DNA of 64,000 nt, from positions 68,152-132,151 of the forward strand of contig JAJDAZ010000010.1 in assembly GCA_029261595.1 (NCBI GenBank), written 5' to 3'. The position numbers and the translations under genes were made by a program. The notes below the pieces were generated by a model. The model did not search any database and had not been told where the DNA came from. It was given only the letters and a program-made list of their open reading frames with translations. Numbering within the stretch: position 1 is the stretch's first letter; the number at the start of each line of letters is the position of its first letter. Positions 9,920 to 19,493 of the stretch are shown one piece after another. This DNA comes from Nitrospinaceae bacterium. Lineage in GTDB: Bacteria > Nitrospinota > Nitrospinia > Nitrospinales > VA-1.

Positions 9920-11149
9920 ATGAAAACCATCCATCGATACCTGTTCCTGGAGATGCTAACGGTATTCACCATTAGCGTGGTCTTCCTGACGACCATTTTT
10001 TTGCTGGAACAGATGCTGTACATGTCCCATATGATCGCCAACCGAGGGTTGACTTTCTGGGAAGGGATGAAATTGATGGTTTACACCTGTCCGGTGTTTT
10101 TGACCATCAGCATGCCGTTCAGTATTATGGTGGCCTCGGTCGCCGTCTTCAACCAGATATGCGGAGACAATGAATATGTCGCGATGAAAACCAGCGGCTG
10201 GAGTTTTCTTTTCCTGATGCGGCCTGTCATTTTATTTTCGGTTCTGGTTTATATAGCCACCAACTTCGTTGTTTTCTACGCCACCCCCTGGGGCACGCAG
10301 TCATTCAGAGAAGAGATTTTCAATATCATCAAACACCGCGCCCACATTGACATCAAACCGAAAATCTTCAATAAGGATTTCCAGAACCTCGTTTTATACG
10401 CAAATGACAAAAAGGGGGAAAACATATTAATCGATGTTTTTGTGGCGGACAATTCTGCCGAAGGCGATTCAAAAATTATTCTGGCCAAAAAAGGAGTCAT
10501 TGTTTCTGATCCCGGGACGTTTAAAATCAAGCTCCAGTTTGAGAATGGAACCGTCCACAACGTGACGAAAGACGGCAAGAGTTATAATATTCTCGACTTT
10601 GACCGTTACGAGCGATACTTAGAAATCCCGGATGTGGCTAAATTGAGCAAAAGGCTCACGGTAAGACACAAGGACATTTCCTATAGTCAACTGAAGAAAA
10701 AAATACAGGAAAGAATCGAGGAAGGAAAAAATCCCAGCCGCTACGAAGTCCGGCTCAGCAAAAAGTTTTCCATTCCCTTCGCCTGCCTGCTCTTTGGACT
10801 GCTGGGCGCAACCCTCGGAATCAAATCCAACCGTTCGGGAAAATCCGGCGGGATGATTGTGAGCGCTGTTGTGGTGGCCCTGTACTATATCACGATCGTA
10901 TTTTCCCAAAACCTGGGGTCCAATAACATTTTAAACCCTACCTTCTCCATGTGGATCCCCAACCTCTGGTTGTTTGCGCTTACGTTTTATATGGTCTGGA
11001 AAACGGCGCACGAAACTCCATTCACAACTATGGTCAAGATATGGAATTTCTGTTTAAATTGTTACGAGTTATCTCAAAAATTCCATAAGAAATTAACTTC
11101 GGGAAAACAGTATCAAAACTCAGTAACGCCTCCTGTCAATAGTAATTAA
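9920..11149 (+). CDS. LptF/LptG-family LPS export permease
   Basis: 409 aa. Typical YjgP/YjgQ N-terminus MKTIHRYLFLEMLTVFTISVVFLTTIFLL. Three N-terminal TM helices, a periplasmic beta-jellyroll-sized insert, then C-terminal TM helices. Confidence 0.85.
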   Translation: MKTIHRYLFLEMLTVFTISVVFLTTIFLLEQMLYMSHMIANRGLTFWEGMKLMVYTCPVFLTISMPFSIMVASVAVFNQICGDNEYVAMKTSGWSFLFLMRPVILFSVLVYIATNFVVFYATPWGTQSFREEIFNIIKHRAHIDIKPKIFNKDFQNLVLYANDKKGENILIDVFVADNSAEGDSKIILAKKGVIVSDPGTFKIKLQFENGTVHNVTKDGKSYNILDFDRYERYLEIPDVAKLSKRLTVRHKDISYSQLKKKIQERIEEGKNPSRYEVRLSKKFSIPFACLLFGLLGATLGIKSNRSGKSGGMIVSAVVVALYYITIVFSQNLGSNNILNPTFSMWIPNLWLFALTFYMVWKTAHETPFTTMVKIWNFCLNCYELSQKFHKKLTSGKQYQNSVTPPVNSN

Positions 11150-11211
11150 GAAGAAGTAGACCAGGATATAAGTATTCAACGCAAGAATAATGACGATGCT
11201 CGCAAGGGGAA

Positions 11212-11886
11212 TCATTTCGGCTGTGACAGAGGTTTGTCCGGCAAAGGGATTTTATAAATACAATAAAGGGATAATAACAACGCCAGGGCCGCGTTAAACT
11301 CCAGGAATTCTTCCACAAGTGAATTTCTCATTCCAGGTGGCAAATTCAATAATTCCAGATCCACGATGATAGTGGCGGCGATCAAAACCGTGAAAAACGA
11401 CATCAGGAGATACAGGGAGTGGTATCTTTTGACGGAAACACATTCCCAAATTTCTTTTCGATATTTATAAACAGCAGCCATGGTCAGGGAAAATGGAATC
11501 CATATATATAGCATATACCACCCTCCTCTCTTATAGCCCAATCCAATGAAATCATGAATGGCGTCTATTTTCATCCCGTCAATTTTAGGTCTTGTGTAAT
11601 GTATCCAGACTTGACCAAAACTTATTTCCTCAAGAAACCCCAACAGCCCAATTATCAATAAAAAGAAAATCCACCGGCGGGTGATTTTTTCTTTCATTTT
11701 TGGATTACGCAATAAGGATCGCCCCAGCAGAAAAGTCAATATGAATAGAGCGGCAGTGAGGCTTTCAAACGGCCCATTTTCTTTGTAAAGAAAATTCATG
11801 GGTTTCAAAAAATCGATATGCACCAGGAAATGAACGGCATTGCTTAAGACGGAGACTATTATGAAAATCCAAACAAACTTAGTCAT
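11212..11886 (-). CDS. hypothetical polytopic membrane protein
   Basis: 224 aa with an ATG start and about 6 hydrophobic segments. No family recognised. Confidence 0.5.
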   Translation of the reverse strand: MTKFVWIFIIVSVLSNAVHFLVHIDFLKPMNFLYKENGPFESLTAALFILTFLLGRSLLRNPKMKEKITRRWIFFLLIIGLLGFLEEISFGQVWIHYTRPKIDGMKIDAIHDFIGLGYKRGGWYMLYIWIPFSLTMAAVYKYRKEIWECVSVKRYHSLYLLMSFFTVLIAATIIVDLELLNLPPGMRNSLVEEFLEFNAALALLLSLYCIYKIPLPDKPLSQPK

Positions 11887-12149
11887 TGGCGATGTTTCCG
11901 ACCGGGTGATACCAGGAAAAACCAGTGGACTTTTAAAAATGCTTTCATATTTTCACGCAGACACGATGGACTCTGCCATCTCAATTTTTTTCTCAAATAA
12001 AGGCATTTGAAATGTTCCCCTCAAGCCGCCCCAAAGGTCTTTGGAATTTATAATTATTTTTCCAGGTTTTCAATTTATTATTTAGATCGACATGCCCGCT
12101 TCACAAAACGGGTTGACTCAAAATTCCGGTTGAAACTTTTAAGACCGCA

Positions 12150-13487
12150 TTAATTCGGCAAACCTTTCGCCCACCTGGAAAAGACCACGCACGCTTTTCC
12201 GCCATTGAGTTTGCATTCTTCTCCGTTGACTCGCGGCTCAACAACCGCAAGGCGGACTTCTCCAGACTGCAGATAATCCACCGCAATGAATCCGCCGGAT
12301 TTTTTATTGGTATGAGAAAATAATGTCCCCTCCCCTTTTCCTACTCTTGTCGCTTTCCACGCCGACCCGGCCCCGCTGACCAAATGCAATATCCCTTTTT
12401 GATCATCAATAATTTGCAGACTGTGGTCGTGGCCTGCCGCATAGATCATGGGAGTTTTTACTTTTCCAGAATACGTCTGAAGAGCACTCTCGATTTTAAC
12501 TCTCATGTTCTTGTACACTGCGTTGTGCAATTCCTGGCGACCCGCAAAAATAGACTTCCTAAAAATTTGTTCAATAAGGTACAGGGGACGAATCAGATCC
12601 CCGCTGGAATAATACCCCCCGTGCTGTCCATAGGATTTTAAAGGATGATGAGACGCCAGCAGAATGGGCCGCTTTAGATTTGTGGACTCTTCAATCCGTT
12701 TCTTAATAGATTCAATAACCTCTGTTTCCGTCACCTGATCGCAATGGGAAGGATTATCCTCCCTCGCGGGTTTTTTAAAGTCATGAAGCCACCATTGGGT
12801 GTCCAGGGCCATCAGCGAAATCTCCAATTCGTTGCCGGACAATGGAACCGTGACGGGACCGGGGCAACCGTTATCTGGGACCAAATCAATATTCACCTGC
12901 ATATTTTTTCCGGCATCCGCGATGTATTTATCGAGATTGCGGATTCGCTTCCAGCCTTTCCCGCCTGAGCTATGCCAGTCGTGATTTCCCGGAACAAAAA
13001 TTCCCCTGGCGCCGCTTCCTTTTACCGCATTGATCTGCGCATCGATCCTTTTTTCCGCGCAGGCCCGGCCTTGGCAATCCTCATCCAGAGCGGATGACGG
13101 CACGGACTCATCGGGCAATCCTTTTTTGTAAATATTATCTCCCAAAAAGACAATGGCTGTCCGGTCAGGAATGAATCCCGCAAAATATTCGAGCGCTTTC
13201 AAAACGGAAGCCTGAGCCGGGTTTTTATCATTCTTTTTAAACGGGGCGCCCGCATCTCCGATCAGAAGAACCCTGTAATCAACTTCGCCTTTTTCAAGGG
13301 ACGCCTTCAAACACGGCTCGCCGTCACAATAGGGAATGGAGTTGGCAGGTGGGGAACCATTGCAGGAGGCGATGATTATCAACGCGGAGAACACCATCAA
13401 ACGGGCAACTCCCGCACTGCCGGTCCGGATGCTGGCAACCGACTGATTGAACATTAATAGAATCCTGTTTCGCTCCCTGTTTTTCAT
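12150..13487 (-). CDS. calcineurin-like metallophosphoesterase, probable lipoprotein
   Basis: Lipobox-like 'IIIASC'. Metallophosphoesterase motifs LIGDAG, FLGDNIY, VPGNHDW and AAGHDHSLQ. Confidence 0.8.
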   Translation of the reverse strand: MKNRERNRILLMFNQSVASIRTGSAGVARLMVFSALIIIASCNGSPPANSIPYCDGEPCLKASLEKGEVDYRVLLIGDAGAPFKKNDKNPAQASVLKALEYFAGFIPDRTAIVFLGDNIYKKGLPDESVPSSALDEDCQGRACAEKRIDAQINAVKGSGARGIFVPGNHDWHSSGGKGWKRIRNLDKYIADAGKNMQVNIDLVPDNGCPGPVTVPLSGNELEISLMALDTQWWLHDFKKPAREDNPSHCDQVTETEVIESIKKRIEESTNLKRPILLASHHPLKSYGQHGGYYSSGDLIRPLYLIEQIFRKSIFAGRQELHNAVYKNMRVKIESALQTYSGKVKTPMIYAAGHDHSLQIIDDQKGILHLVSGAGSAWKATRVGKGEGTLFSHTNKKSGGFIAVDYLQSGEVRLAVVEPRVNGEECKLNGGKACVVFSRWAKGLPN

Positions 13488-14042
13488 CCTGGCATTTTCC
13501 TGGACAAGAAGAAAATAAAATGGTCCTCACAAGCGGCCACCCCTGTTTCATCCAAGCACGGGGAGTTGGTGGGATTCAATCATACAGGAATATTTTTGCA
13601 ATCATTATTTGGGAAATGTAGTATCTTTCGGGACACAGGATCAAAAACTCAAATAGGGCAAACAGGTTCTTGGAAAAACGAGCCGGTAATTCGGGAATTG
13701 TTCCATCGAATGTCACAACACTCTTCCCAATCCTGTGCGGGGGGAAACCATCCGCTGCGCTGACAGTCCATAAGGTTGGTTTCCTTAGTTCTCCTGCGAT
13801 CCGAGTCGTTCTATCCATCCACCCCTAAGGTTTCGTGGGCTTTTGGAGTATTAATCTGCACCTGGACCGCCGCAATTTTTTCGGTCCCATCTCCGTGGAT
13901 TGTCTGAGTTCGATCTAAAATTTTTCTAACCCGAAATACCCCTGCTCCAATGATGAATGAGGGTTCCTGGTCATGATTCAAACCAGACTCCCTGCGAAAA
14001 AAACTTATAAATAAAGCTTTTTCTAAATAACCGCAACGATTC

Positions 14043-15047
14043 ATGACCTCGGCTTTAAAGTCAAAAAAGAAGAGATTGTTATACGTCATCGCCTGGGTCG
14101 TGGCGTCGGCGTGCATTTACCTGGCAGTTGACAAATTTCAATGGGAGTCCGTTCTAGCCGAATTAAAGACCGTCAGTTTTTTCTGGTTGTCCCTGGCCGT
14201 TTTCGGCAATTTTTCAATCCTGATATTGTCGGCGTTGCAATGGCTCAATTTTCTTCCCAGGGACTTTCATTTTGGATTTCGCAAGATGGTCGAAATCATC
14301 GCGCTCATGGTCATGACCAGCAACACCGTGCCATTTTTAGCCGGTCACGCCCTTGCCGTGGTCCTGCTTGCCAAGCGGGCAAACGTCGGACATGCCGTCG
14401 CTCTATCGGTGATCGCATTGGACCAGTTTGCCGAAGGGTTCGCCAAACTCTCGCTTTTCCTTTTGGTCGTCGTTCTCACTCCCATTCCAGACTGGATGCA
14501 ACAGGGATTGCTGGTCGCCCTAACCGCCATTCTTTTGCTTTTTGCGATGCTGTATTTTTTCGCATTTCGGCATCGGCATTTTAAGGTTTTCATGGGCAGG
14601 AAATCCCATCCCCGCTGGTACAAGGTCTGGCATTTTATTTCCCGATGGGCACATCATCTGGAAGGTTTGCGAAACCCCAGGATTTTTGTGATTGGAATGG
14701 GACTGGCTCTGGCAATGAAAGGAGCGGAGGCGTTAGCGATTCTGGCGATTCAAAAAAGCTTCGGGGTGGAGTTACCCCTATGGTCGATTTTTCTGGTCCT
14801 GGCCTCCATCAGCCTGATCACGATGGTCCCCGTGGCTCCCGGCAACCTGGGAGTTTATGAAGCCGCAGTTTTTTTTGTTTACCAATATTTAGGCTTGCCG
14901 CCTGAGCAGGCGTTGGGGCTGGCTCTCATGCAACACCTTTGCCTTTTGGCCCCCAACATCGGGACGGGATACCTCTTCCTGCTATTTCGTAATATTTATC
15001 CCAGGCACCGCCCCCCGGCGGAAGAGGACCCGCGGAAAGCAAAATGA
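14043..15047 (+). CDS. UPF0104 / LPG-synthase-TM 'flippase-like' membrane protein
   Basis: 334 aa with about 8 TM helices. Basic N-terminus followed by '...FFWLSLAVFGNFSILILSALQWLNFLP', typical of the TIGR00374-type family. Confidence 0.65.
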   Translation: MTSALKSKKKRLLYVIAWVVASACIYLAVDKFQWESVLAELKTVSFFWLSLAVFGNFSILILSALQWLNFLPRDFHFGFRKMVEIIALMVMTSNTVPFLAGHALAVVLLAKRANVGHAVALSVIALDQFAEGFAKLSLFLLVVVLTPIPDWMQQGLLVALTAILLLFAMLYFFAFRHRHFKVFMGRKSHPRWYKVWHFISRWAHHLEGLRNPRIFVIGMGLALAMKGAEALAILAIQKSFGVELPLWSIFLVLASISLITMVPVAPGNLGVYEAAVFFVYQYLGLPPEQALGLALMQHLCLLAPNIGTGYLFLLFRNIYPRHRPPAEEDPRKAK

Positions 15048-15048
15048 T

Positions 15049-16200
15049 CTAACCCGTCGCTGGGTTTTTAAGCTTAATGGCCTTCAGGTAAAGCGCATCG
15101 TGCTGCGTCATGACCTCCTTCCAGTCGAAGGGAGGCTCCGTTTCCCGGTTGTTGCGGGCAATGGATTCTCTGAGTTCAGGCTCCAGAATCAAGCGGACCA
15201 GATGGTCTTCCAACTCCTGATCGGTCCGCGCTAAAAATCCCTCCTTACCGGCCCGGATGAATCCCTTGACCCCTCCCCGGATTTTTGCCACAACGGGCAA
15301 CCCTGCGCAACGGGCCTCAAGCGCGGCGATGCCAAACGATTCCCATCGCGTGGGTTGAACATAAATATCCACCCTGGAAAAAACCTTGCGTATCTCCTCG
15401 CGGGTACGGTATCCGGGAAGTTCCACAATATCTTCCAACCCCAAATGCTTTATCTGTTTTTCCAGGGCCGGGCGTTTGGGCCCCTCGCCGATAATCTTGA
15501 CTTTCACCCGGATGTTTTCTGGCAGGCGCTTGAGGACTTTTGGCATTAATCGCACCAGAGCGTTTCCACGCTTTTTGCGGAACAGGCGCATGACGGAAAC
15601 GATCCATATTTCCTCCGGGTCCCTTTCCAAAGGAGTCATCTTCCATTCGCGGATATTCAACGCATTGGTTAAAACGGTGATTTCCCGGTTTTTCACCAGG
15701 GAGACAACGTCCTGAACCACCACCTCGCTCACTCCAGAAAACAACACCGGCCAGCGGGACCATTTAAATACCCAATCCAGAATGGCCAGCCCCCAGCGAT
15801 AGGGACCTATGATGGAATCCCAGGTAATGACTGCGGGAATGCCCAGTTTCTGGCTCAAATAAAGGCTTCCGTAGGAGGTGGGAGAGATAATATTGCAATG
15901 GCAATGAACGATATCGAAAGCTTCTTCCTTTAAAATGCGTTCTATTTTCCTGAACGCGCCTGGCGTATAGACAATACGGAAATTGGGCAATAAAGGAACT
16001 TTCAGGCGATGGATGCGAAATCTTTCTCCTTCTGTCTCCCCCGGAATCGGGGTGATCACATGTACTTCGTGGCCTTCTTTTGAAAGTTGGTCGGCCAAAT
16101 CCCGCATATGCATCTCTGTCCCGCCCATTTGCGGCAGAAACCAGTCACAAACCAGGGCGATTTTTAGCTTATGAGAAGGTAATGGGGAGGAATCGCTCAT
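15049..16200 (-). CDS. GT4-family (GT-B) glycosyltransferase
   Basis: N-terminus KIALVCDWFLPQMGGTEMHMRDLADQLSKEGHEVHVITP. C-terminus IIGEGPKRPALE ... ESFGIAALEARCAGLPVVA (the E-x7-E region). The donor and acceptor cannot be inferred; the protein resembles both the PimA/PimB and PIG-A classes. Confidence 0.85.
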   Translation of the reverse strand: MSDSSPLPSHKLKIALVCDWFLPQMGGTEMHMRDLADQLSKEGHEVHVITPIPGETEGERFRIHRLKVPLLPNFRIVYTPGAFRKIERILKEEAFDIVHCHCNIISPTSYGSLYLSQKLGIPAVITWDSIIGPYRWGLAILDWVFKWSRWPVLFSGVSEVVVQDVVSLVKNREITVLTNALNIREWKMTPLERDPEEIWIVSVMRLFRKKRGNALVRLMPKVLKRLPENIRVKVKIIGEGPKRPALEKQIKHLGLEDIVELPGYRTREEIRKVFSRVDIYVQPTRWESFGIAALEARCAGLPVVAKIRGGVKGFIRAGKEGFLARTDQELEDHLVRLILEPELRESIARNNRETEPPFDWKEVMTQHDALYLKAIKLKNPATG

Positions 16201-16499
16201 TTACTCCAATTTCCATATTTACAGTTAATAACGACCCGGCTCAAATTGTTGAGAAACCAATTCATCGCCAGACAACGGTGGAGTCCATCAGGAGATTGCA
16301 TAAAGGACGTGGCAAACAATGGGGAACAAAACCCACATGCGGGATTAAACCGGGAGTGCCCTTGTACAAGAACTGCTGTGGATGGTATTATGATATTTGC
16401 TTTGAAATCAATGGTAATTTTGCAGGTTGCTGAGAAAACCCCTGAAGTTTTTCGCGAAAGCCCCATTCTCTTTAAAACAAATTAAACCCGGCTCTTTAG

Positions 16500-17177
16500 A
16501 TGACGCTCCCTCGTAATCGTTTTTTCTCAAAATTTTCCTTGGTACCGGCGGTGCTTGCGTTTTCATTGTTGCTTTGCTCGTGGGCTCTGGCAACTCCCGG
16601 GAAATTGCCGGCAACCGATCCGGTAGGTTGGGTGTTCATAAAAGACGAAGCTCTCATTGAAGCCCCGATCTCCGTTGTGGAGCAACATTTCAAGGATGTC
16701 CAGAAAGCGGACGCCATGATTCCCGGTCTGAAAACAAAAAAAATTCTGGAACAACTTTCTGATAGCGAACGCATCGACTACGATCATTATAAGTTGCCCT
16801 GGCCTTTTAAAGACCGGTACACCGTCTACCGGGCCAGGGAAGAATTCCTTTCCCGACAGAAAATACGCATCACCCTCAAATCCTTGGATAACTATTCGTT
16901 TGAAGATAAGGGTAAAGTCGCTGTTAAAATAAGAGAAAGCCATTTTCTATTAAAATCGCTTCCGGGGGATGAGACAAAAACCCAGGTCACGGTTAATCTG
17001 ACAGTGAATCCCGGCGGTTTTTTACCGGTCTGGCTCATTAACTTGAACGCGAAATCCATGTCGAAAGATTTATTTAAAAATTTGCGAAGAAACATCAGAA
17101 AAGAGTTTGCCAGACAAAAACACTTTCAGAAAGATAGTATCAAAGATGCGATAGTGGACTCGGTTTCCAATTTATGA
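16500..17177 (+). CDS. secreted START/SRPBCC lipid-binding domain protein
   Basis: Signal peptide ending SWALA. 'DYDHYKLPWPFKDRYTVYRAREEF' and the overall 200-aa size fit the START-like fold. Confidence 0.6.
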   Translation: MTLPRNRFFSKFSLVPAVLAFSLLLCSWALATPGKLPATDPVGWVFIKDEALIEAPISVVEQHFKDVQKADAMIPGLKTKKILEQLSDSERIDYDHYKLPWPFKDRYTVYRAREEFLSRQKIRITLKSLDNYSFEDKGKVAVKIRESHFLLKSLPGDETKTQVTVNLTVNPGGFLPVWLINLNAKSMSKDLFKNLRRNIRKEFARQKHFQKDSIKDAIVDSVSNL

Positions 17178-17464
17178 GTCTTCCAGAGCCAATAAATTGC
17201 TTTTGGGATCAATCCATATAATTACAGGAAACCCGTTTTAATGGAACGTATTATTAATTGACACCGTTGTATTTCTCATATATGTTTTTTGGTCCATCCA
17301 AATGGTGGGTTTTCTGGATTACAAACTGGAACTTTCGATGATGAGTTTATTGGATAAAAAGGGAATTTCAAAAAGCCCCGCTCCAAAGAAAGCACCGTTC
17401 CAAATAGAGATCTCCTTCGAGTCCAATCCTCAAAACACCCGCCGAACAACCCCGGGACCAGCCA

Positions 17465-18373
17465 ATGCTCCAATATAAAGAAGATTTACGAACTCTCTTT
17501 TTTATGTCTGCCATCACCACCCTGTTGGTCGTGCAATGGAAAATTGGCGAGATTCAATTTCTTCTTTATATTCCCAGCCTGATTCTGGCCGTTTCAGTGA
17601 GCATCATGGTTCACAACCACATTCATGTCCCCCTTTGGAAATCTAAAACTCTCAACCTTTTAACCGATTACTGGCTCACCTTTTTTTACGGTTATCCTAT
17701 CTGCGGATGGATCCCGACTCATGTGATGAGTCATCATGTTTTGAACAATCAGGACGGAGACACGTCACGAACCAGTTTAGTAGGAAAAAAGAATAATCTT
17801 TTCACTCTATTGATATATCCAACGGCGACGACCCGGGCTCAATTGCCAACTCATTTTGTTTTCCTGAAAAAACTTTGGGCAAAAAACCGTCGGCGCTGTT
17901 ACAAGTATATTTCACAATTCGCGGTCTTTGGCGGAATGATGCTCATCGCCCTGCTCTGGGATTGGAAGAAAACCCTTCTTTTTATTTTCATTCCACAGCA
18001 AACTGCCGTAACCACAGTCCTCTTTTTTAACTATGTCCAGCACGTTCATGCCGACCGCGATTCTCGCTGGAATCACACTCGGGATTTTATTGGGCGAATT
18101 TCAAACTTTCTGCTCTTAAATAATGGGTTTCATGGCGCACACCACGAGCGCCCCAACCTTCATTGGAGCCGGCTTCCTGAGTTGCACTCAAAAATTGAAA
18201 ATCAAATCAATCCTGTTTTGATTGAACAAAGCATATTGTGGTTCTTTTTCCGTGTTTATATTCTGGGTCTTTTCTTCAAACGTTTTCACACCCAGGATTT
18301 AAGAGAACTGCGTCTCAGTGGACATGCAACGGTCCCTCAGCCTCAAACGGCTTCCGGGGCAGGAGTCAATTAG
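17465..18373 (+). CDS. membrane fatty-acid desaturase family protein
   Basis: Three His boxes (HNHIH, HVMSHH, HGAHH) spaced as in the FA_desaturase family, with 4 or more TM segments. Confidence 0.8.
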   Translation: MLQYKEDLRTLFFMSAITTLLVVQWKIGEIQFLLYIPSLILAVSVSIMVHNHIHVPLWKSKTLNLLTDYWLTFFYGYPICGWIPTHVMSHHVLNNQDGDTSRTSLVGKKNNLFTLLIYPTATTRAQLPTHFVFLKKLWAKNRRRCYKYISQFAVFGGMMLIALLWDWKKTLLFIFIPQQTAVTTVLFFNYVQHVHADRDSRWNHTRDFIGRISNFLLLNNGFHGAHHERPNLHWSRLPELHSKIENQINPVLIEQSILWFFFRVYILGLFFKRFHTQDLRELRLSGHATVPQPQTASGAGVN

Positions 18374-18438
18374 TTGAAATAGGGCCTAAGAGGTTGTGAT
18401 GAACGAATAAAAATTGTACGCGCACATTTAAACCATTT

Positions 18439-19488
18439 ATGGGTAACACACCAAATTTAAAAGCACCGTTGGACTACATTCATGTCAATTCTCCTGAACC
18501 TCATGTTGCACGAACGAAAGAACTTTTAAAAAAATATCCTGAGATTCGGACCCTCTTCGGTCACACCCCTTCTACCGCCTGGTGGACGGTTGGCCTGGTT
18601 TCCCTCCAGTTTTTCCTGGCAATCACTCTTACAAACGCGGCATGGTGGGTGGTTATTTTGGCGGCATGGATTCTCGGGGCATTTATTGAACACGCTCTAT
18701 TTGTCATTATTCACGATTGCGCGCATAATCTGGCCTTCAAGCGGCCCTCCTGGAATAAGGTCCTTGGGATCATCGCCAACTTACCAGGTTTTTTTCCAGC
18801 AGCGATTGGGTTCCGTAATTTTCATTTGCTGCATCACCGAAATATGGGGGAACTGGGTTGGGACGCTGATATTCCCGGTCCTAAAGAAGCCGCCTGGATA
18901 GGAAAAAGCCCTTTTCGCAAAACCCTGAGCTTACTCTTCTTTACCGTAGTCGAAGGTCTCATTCGTCCTGCCCGTTTGAAGAAGGTCAATCTGCTGGATG
19001 CCTGGGGAGTGATTAATGGCATTGCTTCAATTGGCGCGGGCCTTTTGATCCTTTATTTTTTCGGCGGGTCTTCCTTTTTCTATCTGGTTCTATCCTGTAT
19101 GTTTGGAATAGGCCTGCACCCTCTTGGCGGTCGCTGGATTCAGGAGCATTATATATTTCGACCGGGCCAGGAAACCTACTCCTATTACGGTCCCTTAAAT
19201 AAACTGAGCTTCAACGTGGGTTATCATAATGAACATCACGATTTTATGATGGTTCCCTGGTCGCGACTACCCCAAATAAGAAAAATTGCTTCCGAATACT
19301 ATGATGACCTTTTGTATCACACCTCCTGGACGAAGGTCCTTTGGCAGTTTATTCTGGACCCAAATCTGACAGGATTCAGCCGCATGGTTCGCCAAGACCA
19401 TGAAGAAGGAAGCTCTGTAAAATTTTCCACCCAGGAAACCGATAAAATCAACGAGAGCAACCAAAACGCAGTTATTCCGGTCTCATAA
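18439..19488 (+). CDS. sphingolipid delta-4 desaturase (DEGS/Des1)-like protein
   Basis: His boxes HDCAHN, HLLHHR and HNEHHDF. '[25 protein letters not shown]' is nearly identical to my recollection of animal DEGS1 ('[25 protein letters not shown]'). The N-terminus '[12 protein letters not shown]' matches the Lipid_DES N-terminal domain. Confidence 0.85.
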   Translation: [349 protein letters not shown]

Positions 19489-19493
19489 ATATA

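Noticed and set aside
12150-13487. The idea that the secreted metallophosphoesterase is an acid-sphingomyelinase-like enzyme belonging to the lipid island.
   Set aside because: Only the generic calcineurin-like metal-binding motifs are visible. I recognised no saposin or ASM-specific C-terminal features, and the gene is separated from the island by a 555-bp spacer.
13811-14116. A 101-aa minus-strand ORF, and the 80-aa ORF at 13576-13818, in the 555-bp divergent spacer between the metallophosphoesterase and the flippase-like gene.
   Set aside because: No family resemblance and no convincing RBS. The first overlaps the well-supported start of the flippase-like gene. The region more likely holds the two divergent promoters.
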